A DNA stretch of 63,674 nt, filler included, from Saprolegnia diclina VS20 (taxonomy: Eukaryota): NCBI RefSeq assembly GCF_000281045.1. It is 6 parts of 5 records of this genome, joined end to end, with 100 filler letters (N's around TTAATTAATTAA, not from the genome) between each part and the next. Parts side by side here need not be neighbours in the genome. Positions count along the whole stretch, not along the records: positions 6,049 to 13,977 come from NW_008246227.1; positions 14,078 to 44,156 come from NW_008246228.1; 4 more parts are not named here. One strand, 5' to 3'. The notes beneath the pieces were generated by a model. The model ran no database searches and had not been told where the DNA came from. It saw only the letters and a list, made by a program, of their open reading frames with translations. The translations under genes were made by a program, and so were the position numbers. Shown piece after piece: positions 12,571-24,588 of the stretch. Numbering within the stretch: the stretch's first letter is position 1; every line of letters begins with the position of its first letter.

Positions 12571-13336
12571 TCAGATCTGAGAGCAGACGCTTGAAAACTC
12601 GTCTAGTAGGCTAGTAGGTGTGTGTTTCCAATACAACATTATTGAGAGCCGATTCCTGTCGGTGGGCCCGCGTTCGTATTCCTGCAAGAGGCGTATTGTG
12701 TCGCCAATTCGAGGGGCGGCAACTGCCGTGCCGAGACGGCTCGCTGCATGATGCGCATACTGCGTAAATGTAACCTTATCTGTTTCCAACACTGCTGTGC
12801 AATAGCACGGCCTGGCTTTGGCCATCGATGTCGAAATTCCGTCATCTACAGCAGCTACACCCTTCTCTAGTCGCTCGAATGTAGCGCCTTCGTGAGCGCC
12901 AAAAACAGGTAGGTTTCAATGTTAAATGGCCAAAACGCTTTCTCTCCACGGAGTATACTGGTCGAGTTTTGTCAAAATCGGGTTGAGAAACTAACTATGT
13001 TAGTTCATGTGGACTGCGCCGGAGATCCAGGCGACCAACGTCCATTGCACGCTGCAGCACGACCTTCAACTGGTCCGTGCTGCAGCGTGAAACGGATCGT
13101 CGCTGAGACAAAATTGAGGCCTTTGATGGAATCAAAATATGCGGCGTTTTTCGCAGCACACGGCTATGCTCAACAGCTTTGATGATGGCGGCGTTCGATT
13201 TGACGTAGCGAAGAGACGGCGCTGCGTCGTGCCATGGCGACGGAGGGCGTTGTGTCTGCAGTTGGCTCGGGTGGGATTGGAAAGTCGTCGTTGTTGTCTC
13301 CTTCGTGGGATCGATGATGCCGCCTATTGGTGACAT
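12571..13336 (-). pseudogene. Degenerate third copy of the C-terminal module of the 6049/8784 family
   Basis: APSLRYVKSNAAIIKAVEHSRVLRKTPHILIPSK...LQRAMDVGRLDLRRSP matches both paralogues, but the frame is short and broken by stops. Confidence 0.55.
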
Positions 13337-13977
13337 AATTGGGATTTTTCATTGCGCATCTTTGGATTTGCACTAGGGTATTTCACAATGGCGATACTCT
13401 TTTGGCGGCACAGGGCGTAAAGCTTTTCTTCCCTCCAAGACGTTGGGTGCGGTGACGTGCTTCGTTGGAGTCTCGATCTCGAATGCTAGCTCTTCGACGG
13501 CTCGCAAGATTCACCCGTTCGGGAAAAGATAGTTCGGACATTCCACCACTCAAAACACTCACAATACACACAAGATACCGTCCAAGAGGAGTGATACAGC
13601 ACATGCAACCTTCAATGAAACTGCTCAATCAGTGACCGTATCCGCCGTGCTACTGCCCAACCTAGAGCGCAACAATCAAGATTGTCTCCAACAGCGCAGC
13701 ACGGAGTACACTGACCGCCTAAACCACGTCGCTGCATGCAAGACGACGAGATGTGTGAGTTTCACAGCTTAGAAACTAAGTTTTCGACCAATCGGGTAGG
13801 GAGCAACACACCGCCAGGTTTCCCCTGCTCGGTAGCAAGTGGTTCCCGCCCGCCATCACACTCGGCGGCGGTTATGTCAACATCGCCTTCCCCCCTCACG
13901 CGCACTCCACGCGCGACGAAGATGCGTGTTGCCGAAACACCAGTGTGAGCAATAGCAAGTCCCGCCATTTTGTTTGC

Positions 13978-14077
13978 NNNNNNNNNNNNNNNNNNNNNNN
14001 NNNNNNNNNNNNNNNNNNNNNTTAATTAATTAANNNNNNNNNNNNNNNNNNNNNNNNNNNNNNNNNNNNNNNNNNNN
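13978..14077. other. Artificial contig-joining spacer
   Basis: N44-TTAATTAATTAA-N44. Confidence 0.95.
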
Positions 14078-14221
14078 GTACGCGTTATAGGAGCACGTCT
14101 GCAATGCGTGCTCGCACAATCGGTCGACGGCAATCTGCTGGTCGGCTGCTGGGCTGATCGCTTACTATGTACACTATTTACGTACGTTTACGGACGCTAA
14201 TTGAAAAAAAGATCCATCGCT

Positions 14222-15896
14222 ATGCGAGGATTGCACTTACTGCTGGTGCGTCGCCGTTGCCGTCGGGCGCTAAGAGCGAAGCTGCGTAGGCCGGTCTCTA
14301 TGTGGCGCTTGTCCAGAGCGAGAATTTGACGGCGGCGGTGCGCTTTCTCTGGCCGCCAACTGGCCACCTGGAGCCGTCGTCGACGCTGCTCGTGCGCTTC
14401 GACGTGCCAGTCCGCGCCGACGGCTACATTGCGCTCTCGAGCACGAAACTCAAAGGCCTCTTGCAGGCACAGCCTGATGCTATTGTGCTACAAGACATTG
14501 AGCCAGGAACGCACGTCGTCGAGGCGCAAGTCCACGACAAGAACCACGCGCTGTTAGGACCACCCGCCGTCCTGCGCATCGAGCGCGTGCTGTCCAAAGA
14601 CGAGGCCGACGCGCAGCGCAGTCGTAGTACGAAGCCACGCGTGTGGCTCACAGCGCTGCCAGCCGTCGCAGGACGCCGCCCACGTCGACGCACACTGTGC
14701 TTTGTCGGTACGAACGGTCAGTTTGACGGCCAGCGGCAGCTCTGGCTGCACCTCATTCAGGGCCTCGCGCGGCATCCATCAGTAACCTACGCGTTCCACG
14801 TACGCTTGCATTGCTGGGATCGAGTCGCTGCATGCACATGTAGATGATTCGCCTCGAAGATGCGTCAACAAGGTTTGATCCGTTTGCAGACATTGGCGTA
14901 CCCGTCACGTACGCCCCGATGCAAGTCTCGATGGAAGAAGCCGCAACGTACCAGCTCACGACCAACACGACGATGGAGTCGATTGCCGACTACGTTCTCA
15001 ATGGCAAACCCGACGCGCCCGCGCACATTCCGCGGCTTTGGTCGACGTTTCTCCGCACGTTTGCACCATGTCACGGCGGCATACTGGTCATCGCCAACTC
15101 GCGCGACCACGGCGACCGCGTCCTCGCCCTCGTCGCCAAGCACGTGGGCGCTCGCGGCGTTCTCTTTGATCTCTCGAGCGTCTTCCCCGTGGCGAATACC
15201 GTCGACGCACTCATTGGACCATCGAGCTACACGCTGGAGCACGACAGCGTGACACGGTCCATCACGGCGAGGCACCGCCATGTCATTCCGCCTGGCATCG
15301 ACGCAAATGTATTTGCGCCTGCGCCACAACGCAAAACGAACAGTTGCCTCGTCGTCGGCTTCCTCGGCCGGATCGCACCGGAAAAGTCCCTCGGACTCCT
15401 TGCGCGCGCCGCCGAACTCCTCGCGACGAGACGCGATCTCTGCCTTGTCTTTCGGTGGGTCGGCGAAGGCCCCCATGCTGTGTATTATGCGCACTACCCG
15501 GTTGAGCTGGTTGGTGGTATTTACAACGAGACCGCACTCGTCCACGAGCTCCAGTCGTGGGATTTGGCAGTTCACCCAGGCCTCCAAGAGACGTTTGGCA
15601 TCGCCAACATTGAAGTCATGGCGGTTGGGCTGCCACTGGTGTGCTTTGGTGTGGCCGGCACGACCGAGTACATTCGACACAACGAAAATGCGTGGGTTGT
15701 CGACGACATTTGTCCCGAGGCGCTCGCAGCTGGGATCGAAGTCCTGGCCAGAGACAGCGATTTGCGGCAACGACTGGGACGAGGTGCGCGTACGACAGTC
15801 GAGAAGCAGTTTACGTGGTCGGCGACGGTAGCTGCATACGACGAGGTGTTTGGCCGCCTCATGAGCGCGCCACGCGGCCAAGCTGTGATTAAGTGA
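14222..15896 (+). CDS. GT-B fold glycosyltransferase (GT4/Glycos_transf_1) with signal peptide and N-terminal Ig-like segment; 2 introns
   Basis: MRGLHLLL|AGLYVALV; VIPPGID, VGFLGRIAPEKSL, ETFGIANIEVMAVGLPLV (E-x7-E motif), LGRGARTTVEKQFTW. Confidence 0.85.
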
Positions 15897-16325
15897 TAAC
15901 ACTATTTCTTCATGCCAAATGACTCATGATCGTCTTGCTTTTGCACTCTTTTTCGAGTGATTTGAGCTGGCGCACTTGTGACCAGAAACGAGGCAAGTCT
16001 CGCCAGGTCAACGGTGCTGCGAAAAAGGCGACGAAATCCTGGACCACCGCGACACGCTCGTTGCAACAAGGGACGTCCAAGGCAAGAAGAGTCTATTTGA
16101 TAGCAGTCCTTCTGTATTCGGCGGTGGGATGATGCGTAGGCGTCACACGTTTGTTGAGCAGCTCCAACAGCTTGTTCACACATCGTACATGTACATTGAC
16201 CATTGTTACGTCAAAAGGGTCGGATTTGAAACATGTTGAAGTGCATAAATGTGTGAATCGAGAATGTGTGTGATCTTAATATACGCACACTCGAAAACAA
16301 CGCAATAGGATCTTGAAGGGGTGCG

Positions 16326-16855
16326 ATGGCCGACAAGGACCGATCGATCGCAGTGAATATCCGAGACTTGGATCAATGGAACCACTTGCGCGAGAACGCG
16401 ACAGAGAAGCTCATCGGTACCGTTACCTCATCAATAACATGGTCAGACGTGCGTGCGCCGTAGTCATCGACATGTATCAAGAGTGGTGTGGCCCGTGCAA
16501 GGTGCTCGAGCCAACGTACCGTCGTATTATTGGTGAGACGGCGTCTGCTGAAAGCCGGCTTCAGTTTGCAGCAGTAGAACTGCATCCTACGCAACCCGTA
16601 TGAATCCATTAATGGCACGATTGTAGGTATGTTGTACCTCGGCCAAGATTGAGGGCATCACTGAGAACCCCACGTGCAAGCCGCGCTTCGTTTTGTGGCG
16701 TGTTCGTCCCTGTGCAAACGTGTCGACGTTTGCATCATCCTGTTGCGTAGGACAAAAAGTCCGTTGGCGAAGTGCTCGGTGTCAACGTGCCCGCACTTGA
16801 GGCCCTCATCAAGCAAAATCTCCCCGCGGCCAAAACCGAGGAAGACGCAGCGTAG
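16326..16855 (+). CDS. Thioredoxin-domain protein of TRX_NDPK / axonemal dynein thioredoxin light-chain type; 3 introns
   Basis: MADKDRSIAVNIRDLDQW..., VIDMYQEWCGPCK active site, CKPRFVLW, EVLGVNVPALEALIKQNLP; the YQEWCGPC motif is typical of NME8/LC3-LC5-type thioredoxins. Confidence 0.75.
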
Positions 16856-16935
16856 TCGCCGCATTGGACCTCCATGTACAGAAAACTTGCCATTGAAACG
16901 TCGACATTTGTGCAGAGGGCTGATCGAGCATTGAG

Positions 16936-18155
16936 CTACGCGGCACACGTATTGGGTGCTCGGGCGAACGCGTGCTTGCTAAATGAAGTCGATAGGAAAC
17001 ATGTCGGATGACTGGCAACACAACGAACCTTTCCCGCGGTACAGCGCGCGGGTATTGAAAGTCGCGGTACGGTGTTGTGTGCATCTCGGGATCGCTGGGA
17101 TCTTTTATGAGCTTGGGCACTGCGGAGACTGTGTCTTGTCGATCGTGGGTTGGAAGCAAAGGCAAGAAGCATGGCGTGGACATCGGGTTGCTGAGGTCCC
17201 CAAGAATGCGGCCATCGCTACTCGGTCCATTTGTCAATCGTTGAATGGCACATGGAGCTGTACAAGTACTCGAATGGTAGATCCAGCCACGCAAAGGGTT
17301 GCGGAGCTGCCTCGGGGTCCATGGAGGGGTCCTTGTAGCCCTTGCAGCGCTTACACAACTCCCTACACAACGCACAAGATCAAGCTTCAACGTGAGTGTG
17401 TCATCAAGGCGCACCGATACGAGAAGTTCTATTGGGGACCAAGCACCGGTAGGTACTCAGCTCTGGCATCGATGATTCGCAGAGCGTACGTGATTGCCTA
17501 TAGCATTCAAAGAGGTGAACAAATGTGCTGGGATGAAGCACATCGTACCGCATTTCAAGCATTTCCAGTCGCCCTACGTATGCACATGCTGATTTAATAG
17601 TGATCCATGTCGCATCGTACCGGCCACCACGTCATGTGTGCGAGCTTCTTCTTCGGTTTCTGGGGAGGAAACCGAGCGCAGATTGACGTCAATCACGGGC
17701 ATGATGGTTTCGATGAGAATGGTACGGTTTGCGGCTCTTTCGCGTCTACGGAAGCGCCCCATAGGGCTGCAACCGCAGCGTCGACGGTCCTACGACGCGA
17801 AGATCGCAGACAGTCCAAGTTGGGATCCTGCTGGGATTGTACGGAGAGGAGTCGATGGGAAAGTCCGAGAGCGCGAGCGCGTGGTATAACCTTCGTATCG
17901 TCGTTGGCTGGCCGTCTTCATGCGCAGGCGAGGTGCATGTCATTGCGCTTGTCTCTTCCGGCTCTAGGTGCCACATGGCACAACCGCGGTAGTCACAGGG
18001 CTCATCGAGAAGGAACGAGAGGTCAATGGTCTTGGCGATCGGTGGCAGGGGCGGCTGCTTCGTCATGTCGTCTTCCTCGAGGTAGTAGTCCTACACGATG
18101 GTTCCATCATGCGCAGCTCTTCCTCGTCCGGCTTCGCCCTTGTATGCAGTACCAT
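16936..18155 (-). CDS. Possible intron-rich hypothetical protein
   Basis: Chain of short minus-strand frames bounded by GT/AG (MVLHTRAKPDEEEL..., KQPPLPPIAKTIDLSFLLDEP..., DPEMHTTPYRDFQYP); no family recognised. Confidence 0.35.
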
Positions 18156-18550
18156 CGTCGTATTCGCACTCCCTTTGGCTTCGCGGCTAATCAACTTGTG
18201 ATTGCCGCCAAAAGATCGCTGCGTACGGATAACAGAATGTCCGGATAATCGATCCACTCTAAAATAATACACTACACTATATATTTTTAATACAGCAATT
18301 GGGTGTTGTCTAAATACTGTGAAGAACACCACACCTTGGGTCGCCAAGGGCACCAGGTATCAACTTATAGCCAACAGCGTACTCTGCGGCCATCAATGGG
18401 TACTATCTTTTGTATTGAGGGTCACGGCACTACGGCTATCTTTGGCCAAGTGCATATGTTGGTTGCTTGAACTCACACGTACGAAGACTATATCAGGATT
18501 ACACTAAATATTGAGTGGTCGGGCTAGTGCAACCTCATCTTTTGGTTGCG

Positions 18551-19126
18551 ATGGCGAAGCGCGTGGTGACCTTTGTGACTGGCAACAAGAAGAAGCTCGA
18601 GGAGGTCGTTGCGATCCTCGGTTCGGACTTTCCGTTCGAGGTGCGCAATGTGTCTCTGGATCTGCCCGAGCTCCAGGGTGAGCCCGCCGACGTCTCGCGC
18701 GAAAAGTGCCGGCTCGCGGCCGCCAAGATCCAAGGCCCCGTGCTTGTCGAGGACACGTCGCTCTGCTTCAACGCGCTTGGCGGCCTCCCGGGCGTGTACA
18801 TCAAGTGGTTCCTCGAGAAGACGGGGCACGAAGGCCTCAACAACCTCCTCACCGCGTACCCAGACAAGTCGGCGTACGCGCAATGCATCTTTGCGTTCAA
18901 CGACTTTAGCGCGGGCGAGGCGACCGAGCCGATCGTGTTTGTGGGCCAGACCCACGGCAAGATCGTGCCGGCGCGTGGCACCACCGACTTTGGCTGGGAC
19001 GCGGTCTTCCAGCCCGACGGGTTTGACCAAACGTTTGGCGAGATGGACAAGGCGACCAAGAACACCATTTCGCACCGGTACCGGTCGCTCGAGAAGCTTC
19101 GCGCGCACGCCCACACGACCAAGTAG
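18551..19126 (+). CDS. ITPA: Inosine triphosphate pyrophosphatase (HAM1 family), intronless
   Basis: [61 protein letters not shown]. Confidence 0.97.
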   Translation: MAKRVVTFVTGNKKKLEEVVAILGSDFPFEVRNVSLDLPELQGEPADVSREKCRLAAAKIQGPVLVEDTSLCFNALGGLPGVYIKWFLEKTGHEGLNNLLTAYPDKSAYAQCIFAFNDFSAGEATEPIVFVGQTHGKIVPARGTTDFGWDAVFQPDGFDQTFGEMDKATKNTISHRYRSLEKLRAHAHTTK

Positions 19127-19211
19127 ACATCATTGTAACAGGAAACTCTACCATTCTGTCTTTTCTATGGTATGGCGATGGAAGGATTCGATTGCTGCGT
19201 AACGGCTTGCG

Positions 19212-22200
19212 ATGGACGAGAGCCGACGGCCGTTCGTCGTCGTGCGCGTGCAGCCGCCCCAGGACGAAGCCGAGAAGGGCCTTGGCGTCGTTGGCAACGG
19301 TGTCACGTGGATCCACCATGCAGAGGAGCGCGAATTCCGGTTCGGTGACGTCGTCGCCCCGGCCGCGCTGCCGGACGTTCTGACCGAGCGTGTGATCAAC
19401 ACGCTACGGCAGGGCCGCCACGCCACCGTCCTTTCACTAGGCCAGGTGCATTTTGCCGTATCGTTCACCAACGATCGATAGTTCTCACGACGGACGTAGC
19501 GTGAATCTGGCAAAACGACAGCCTTGTTGGACGCGGACGTGGGGCTCGTTCATCATGTGGCACGAAGTCTCTTCGCCTTGGATGTCACCGTGCGCATGAG
19601 CTTCCTCGACGTGTACGCGGACAAGGCCATGGACATGCTCAAGGGCAAGTCGACCAAGTGCCGACCGCTCTACCACCGCTCTATCGGCGCCTATGCGAGC
19701 GACCTCACGCGGCTCCAAGTATCGTCCTATGACGCCTTTGAGAAAGTACAAAGTGACGTTATGAACGCAGATGCTATGTATTTGGTTGGGCATTGTAGAC
19801 GCTAGCACAGGCACTGCGTGCGCTCGCGATCGACTGCATCGTCGAGAACCGAGTTCACGGCGTGTCGTGCCGTATCCTCTCGCTCTATATCGAGCACCCG
19901 CCGCACGGGCTCTGGACACGTCTGGACTTTGTCGATATGCCGGCGTCGGCGCCGCGCCACCACACGCAAGCCGAGACGGACCTGGGTCATATCATGGAAC
20001 AGGTATTCTATCGTCAAGGTATCGGCTCTTCAATGAATGTTCGTAGGGGTATCGGCAATTGCACGTGTGCTGGAAGCAGCTCGCGGACGGCGACGATCCT
20101 GCGACGATTCCATATGGGTTGACGGCGACGGTATGGACCCTAGTCTCGGAATGCTAGTCGACTATAGTATGGCCTAGTCGATGCTCCTGCAGCATATGCT
20201 TGGCAGCATGGCCGACGCATTTGTGATCGCCAACGTCGTGCAGTCGGCGCTCCAGAACGAGGTTCTCCACTTGATGCATTGATACATCGATATGCACACA
20301 CAGCCAGGAAAACCTCTTGACGCTGCGGCACGCAACGTTGCTGCAAGCGATTCCGTCGCGCGTGCCGTCGACGCCATCGACCATTTGCAGTCTCTTGGGC
20401 GACATGGACGAAGACCTCTTGGCGCTACGCGACCGCATCACGTGGTTGAAAGCCAAGTTGCAGCTCAACGACGCGGGGCCGGCCGCGAGCGCAGCACTCG
20501 AGCAAGAGCTCCAGGCCAAGCGTCAAGCCACGCGGCACATCGAGTCTCTTCGCGCCGACTTTCACGTACCCAAAACACCATTTGTCATATTCCAAAATCT
20601 CGAACGTAGAAGGAAGCGATCGAGTACCACCAGGACGCACTCAAGTTTCAGTGTGGTGTCGAGAGTCTCAGCATCAGCCTCGGCACGTCGCTCCTCGAGC
20701 ACGATAGTTTGAACGTCTACCTCGTGCGACTCCACGAAGAGCGCCTCTTTAGCTCTTGGTTTCGCTTCAACATCGCGGCCAACGACGTCCTCGCGGGCCG
20801 CCTCGCGTCGTCCCAGACACCGCCGGACAAGTACCCTGGTATCGTTCTCTTTGGGGGTGGCGCCATGGTGCGCCACTGCCGCTTCCAAATGCCAACGCCG
20901 CCCAACGTCGAGCTGCTGCCGGACGAGGGCATCTGTCTCCTCAACGGCGCCGACGTCTCGGAGCGCACAACGCTGCGGCACGGCGATGCGCTCACGCTCG
21001 GGCGTCGCAACGTCTTTCGCGTCTTCATTCCCCGCGTCCATGCACTCGAGCCGCTCGACTTGAGTCACTTTTACAACCGGGAGAGTGTCGTGCGCGCGTA
21101 TGCGACCACCATGGACTTGGGGCCTGGCTGCGCCGAGCGCCACTGCCACGACGCGCTCACTCGGATCGTCGACCGCATCGTGACCATTCGCGCCATGCAC
21201 CGCGACGGCATGCGCTCCGGCGACGTTCCCGACTCGGAGGCCATGGACATCCACGACATCTACCTCCAAGTATTACAACGACGCTCTGCACGCCTTGGAT
21301 GTCGACGCCACGTGCGTAGAAAGGAGCAGCGCTGGACGCGAGCGCCATGACCACCGAGATGCGCCTCGCGACCATTCGGCGGCTCTCGCAGAGTGCGATC
21401 GACGAGATGAACATTTTGGAAAATCGGTCGGTTAATATCGCGAAATCGCGCTGCAGCTCAGCACGCATATAGCATCGCCACGGGGTATGCGATGCCGCTC
21501 CTCGACTACGTGGACGAAGCCAACGTCATGAGCAAGGAGGTGAACGAGCCCTTGATCGTCCGTGCCGTGCCCATCATCCAGCACATGGTCACCCACGACG
21601 ACGAGGCGCCCATCGATCGAGCCCAAGTACGTCCTTCGCGCTATCGTTTCTAATAGCGTTGTAGCTCCAAACCGACCTGTGGATCGTCTTTCAGAACCGC
21701 GAACGTCCCCGCCAACGCATGATCATGCGGCCGCAGGACTTTTTCCTCCGGCTCGCGCTCCTTCGGTCGTACCACAGCGAGGTGCAGCTGCTCCATTCGT
21801 CCAAAGCACGGAATCCGTTTGTCGTCGACGACGGCGTCGAAGAGCTCATTGGGGTCGCGCCCGTGTACATGGGCCGTCTTGCCTACTACCTGGACGTGGA
21901 CGAAGCCGTCCCGATCGTCAACCGGACCGGTAGCATCACGGGCCACCTCGTCGTGAGCGTCCAGCCGTACGTTGAAGAAAAGGTGTACGACGCCGTGGCG
22001 CGGCGCGAGGTAGGATGGAGGCCACTCAAACTCTTGCTTGGAAGAGATGATGGGCAGGTGGTGCGCTACACGCACTTTGCCGACATGGACATTGACAAGG
22101 ACAATGAGCTCGCGACAGCCGTCGGGATGCAGACGCACGTCGAGTTTCACGTGACGGTCCGCGGCGCGCGGGGGCTGCCCTCGGCGCTCAACAGCAACGT

Positions 22201-22961
22201 ATTTGTCGAGTACAGTTTTTTCGACGACGAGCGACCACGCGCGACCGAGCCAAGCCCGACCAAGTCGAGCCACCCGGTGATCCAAGAAACGTTTGTGCAC
22301 CGCGTGCTTGTGACAGACAAGCTCGTGCACTACCTCCTCCATGGCGCCGTGACCTTCCAGGTGCTACAATGCGCAGTCGAGTACTGTACGAAATGCAGTG
22401 GTAGGTGTATGGCTACCGCGGCGACCACATCCACCTCCGCGACGCGCCAGATCGGGTAGGCAAAGAGTATATCTGCGGCGTTGGTCGTAGTGTCCTCTTC
22501 TCTTGGGTGCGCCCGCTCACCTTCCACTTGTACGGTATCGTTAGGCCTACTGGTGTGACTTGGAGACCAAGTCGCTCAGTGCCACGATCCACGCCCTCGA
22601 ACGCAAGGTGGATGGGCTCCAAACCCAGCTGCGACTCGCGCAAACATGGTCCGACGTCCCATCCCCCGCCGACGCCTCCTCTATACTGCACGAAGCAAAG
22701 GTGACAGTGGAAGATACGATGACGGAAGAGGCGCCGCCGGTAAGTTGACGTGGATCCTGGCGTCATTTGTGCATGTCGCTCTAGACGAACGGCGCCAAAG
22801 GAACGAGCGAGGAGGATCGGGATCGAACCCGCTTGGCGCACGCAACGTCGTGGCGCGGTTCGATCAGCAAGCGGACGAGCGTCGTCGGCCGTGTGCTGCG
22901 CGCCAAGTCCATCAGCAGCGTGCTCTCGGCGCAACGATCAGGCGTCTGTGCCGTGCAGTAG
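19212..22961 (+). CDS. Kinesin-3 (KIF28/KLP-6-like) architecture protein: degenerate motor, coiled coil, FHA, C2-like domains, C-terminal CaaX; many introns
   Basis: VVVRVQP, GQ|RESGKT P-loop, VRMSFLDVY, FHA-like LNGADVSERTTLRHGDALTLG, VDEANVMSKE, LIGVAPVYMGRLAY, VTVRGARGLP..NVFVEYSFF; last exon 22785-22961 ends SGVCAVQ*. Confidence 0.75.
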
Positions 22962-23765
22962 CCAACTCAGGCCCATGAAGGCGCCGTGTCATATCTGTAC
23001 TGTACGTCGACAAAGCTACAACGACCACAAAGAATCCCTGTCTACCAAGCCATCATCTTGTGCGCTTGTTGACCGAGTCGACATCTTGGATGAGGTGGTC
23101 GGACAGTGCCGAGGCTGTGATGGTCGGACAGTGCTGCTTCAAGCCGCGGGATGCGCCAAAGAACCGACGCAAGAATCCCACGCTTCCTGCAAACCGACGG
23201 CAACTTTGCACGAAAAACGGGTGCCACGCGGCCGTGTCACGAGTCTACGCGAGGCGCCAGCTGGTTCTGCGTTATAACCCGGCTCGCATCACCGAACAGT
23301 ATCTTGGTGGCATGTCCCGCGCGACTGCGATATGATTCCGAACGTCAACCCCACCTCAACCTGTACGACGCGCGATCGCTATCATTTTCCTCCTATTCTA
23401 GCGCTACATACACTGTCCAAGTACACAAGATGCAGTTGCGCCGAGCGCGATGGGACCGACCAGCCCCCGTCTTCACTGCAACTGCTTCAAGTGGCGTCTT
23501 TCAATGCTGGCGCTGCCACGTGGTGCGCACCCGCGATAGGCGGCCAATCACACAAACGCCGAGCGATCCAAAAAAAGCGATGCAGCGCGGCACGTGGGAC
23601 ATGTCACGACCAACGTCTCTTCGAGGCTGCTGATCCGCAGGAGAAAGGGCATTGCGTGTTTTTGACGGGCAATAGACAAGACGAAGAAGCGGAAAGTTAG
23701 TAAATAGTATACGTGCAGAACGAGCAAGACACGTCTAGGGTGGAGGAAGGAATATGCAGTCAAAA

Positions 23766-24554
23766 CTAGACGACGAGGATGTTGGCGGCGTCGGACGTGA
23801 TGCTGTCGTCGTGCTCGAGGGACGCAATGAGGAAATCGAGGCAGTCTTCGAGGCTCGGGACCGCGTCAACGACGACGCACTTGTCGAGTATTACGTTCTT
23901 GGGCGTCGCAAGCGTCGACGCAATCGTCTTTTTCGGCTCCGACTTTTTTTTTTGCTTTTTGATGAGTTCCTTGGGCGAGGCGTTGCCGTCGTCGCTGCAG
24001 TTGCTCGAGAGGTCGACCGCGCCAACGTTGAGGCTCTTGAGGTGGCAGAACGCCGACGGCTTCAAGTCGAGCACCTTGACTTTCGAGTCGGCGCCCGTCG
24101 GCGTCATGTTGGTCGGCTGGTGGTGCTTGTCGTCCGGCAGCGTGATCGTGTCGTGGTGGTGCATGTGGTGGTGGTGGTGATGCAGGTGGTGCATGCGGTG
24201 GTGGCTCTCGGTCGTCGACGAAGAGCTCTCGCTGCCGTCCTTTTCGTCAATCGACGGGCGGCGGACGTGCGTGTCCTGGGGCCCGACCTGCTTCTTGCGG
24301 CGGCGAAGCCCGCGGTCGCGGCGCGCGATCTTCTCGCGGAACTTTTGCGCGTGCGTTTGGGTCTGGCGCACGTTGCGCGTGCGCACCATGGACGCAATGA
24401 CCTTCCACGGCCCGAACGGGTAGAGCTTGGAGGCTTGCAGGAAGCGCTCGTGTTCCTCGAGGGTCCACGTGCCCTTGCCCTCGTTGGTCGTCTTGCGGTG
24501 CTTGCGGGGCGACATGTTGCCCGGGTCGCAAGGGAGCTTGGTGTGGATGCCCAT
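23766..24554 (-). CDS. Single-repeat Myb transcription factor, SHAQKYF class
   Basis: GTWTLEEHERFLQA..WKVIASMVRTRNVRQTQTHAQKF, His-rich tract, C-terminal PSLEDCLDFL; start placed at MGIHTK because an INR/FPR lies just upstream. Confidence 0.9.
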   Translation of the reverse strand: MGIHTKLPCDPGNMSPRKHRKTTNEGKGTWTLEEHERFLQASKLYPFGPWKVIASMVRTRNVRQTQTHAQKFREKIARRDRGLRRRKKQVGPQDTHVRRPSIDEKDGSESSSSTTESHHRMHHLHHHHHHMHHHDTITLPDDKHHQPTNMTPTGADSKVKVLDLKPSAFCHLKSLNVGAVDLSSNCSDDGNASPKELIKKQKKKSEPKKTIASTLATPKNVILDKCVVVDAVPSLEDCLDFLIASLEHDDSITSDAANILVV

Positions 24555-24573
24555 GAATGTGGTAGGTTGGACT

Positions 24574-24588
24574 GAAATTGCAAAGTGG
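24574..24588 (-). promoter_or_regulatory. INR/FPR core promoter of the Myb gene
   Basis: Minus strand reads CCACTTTGCAATTTC, about 20 nt upstream of the ATG. Confidence 0.6.
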
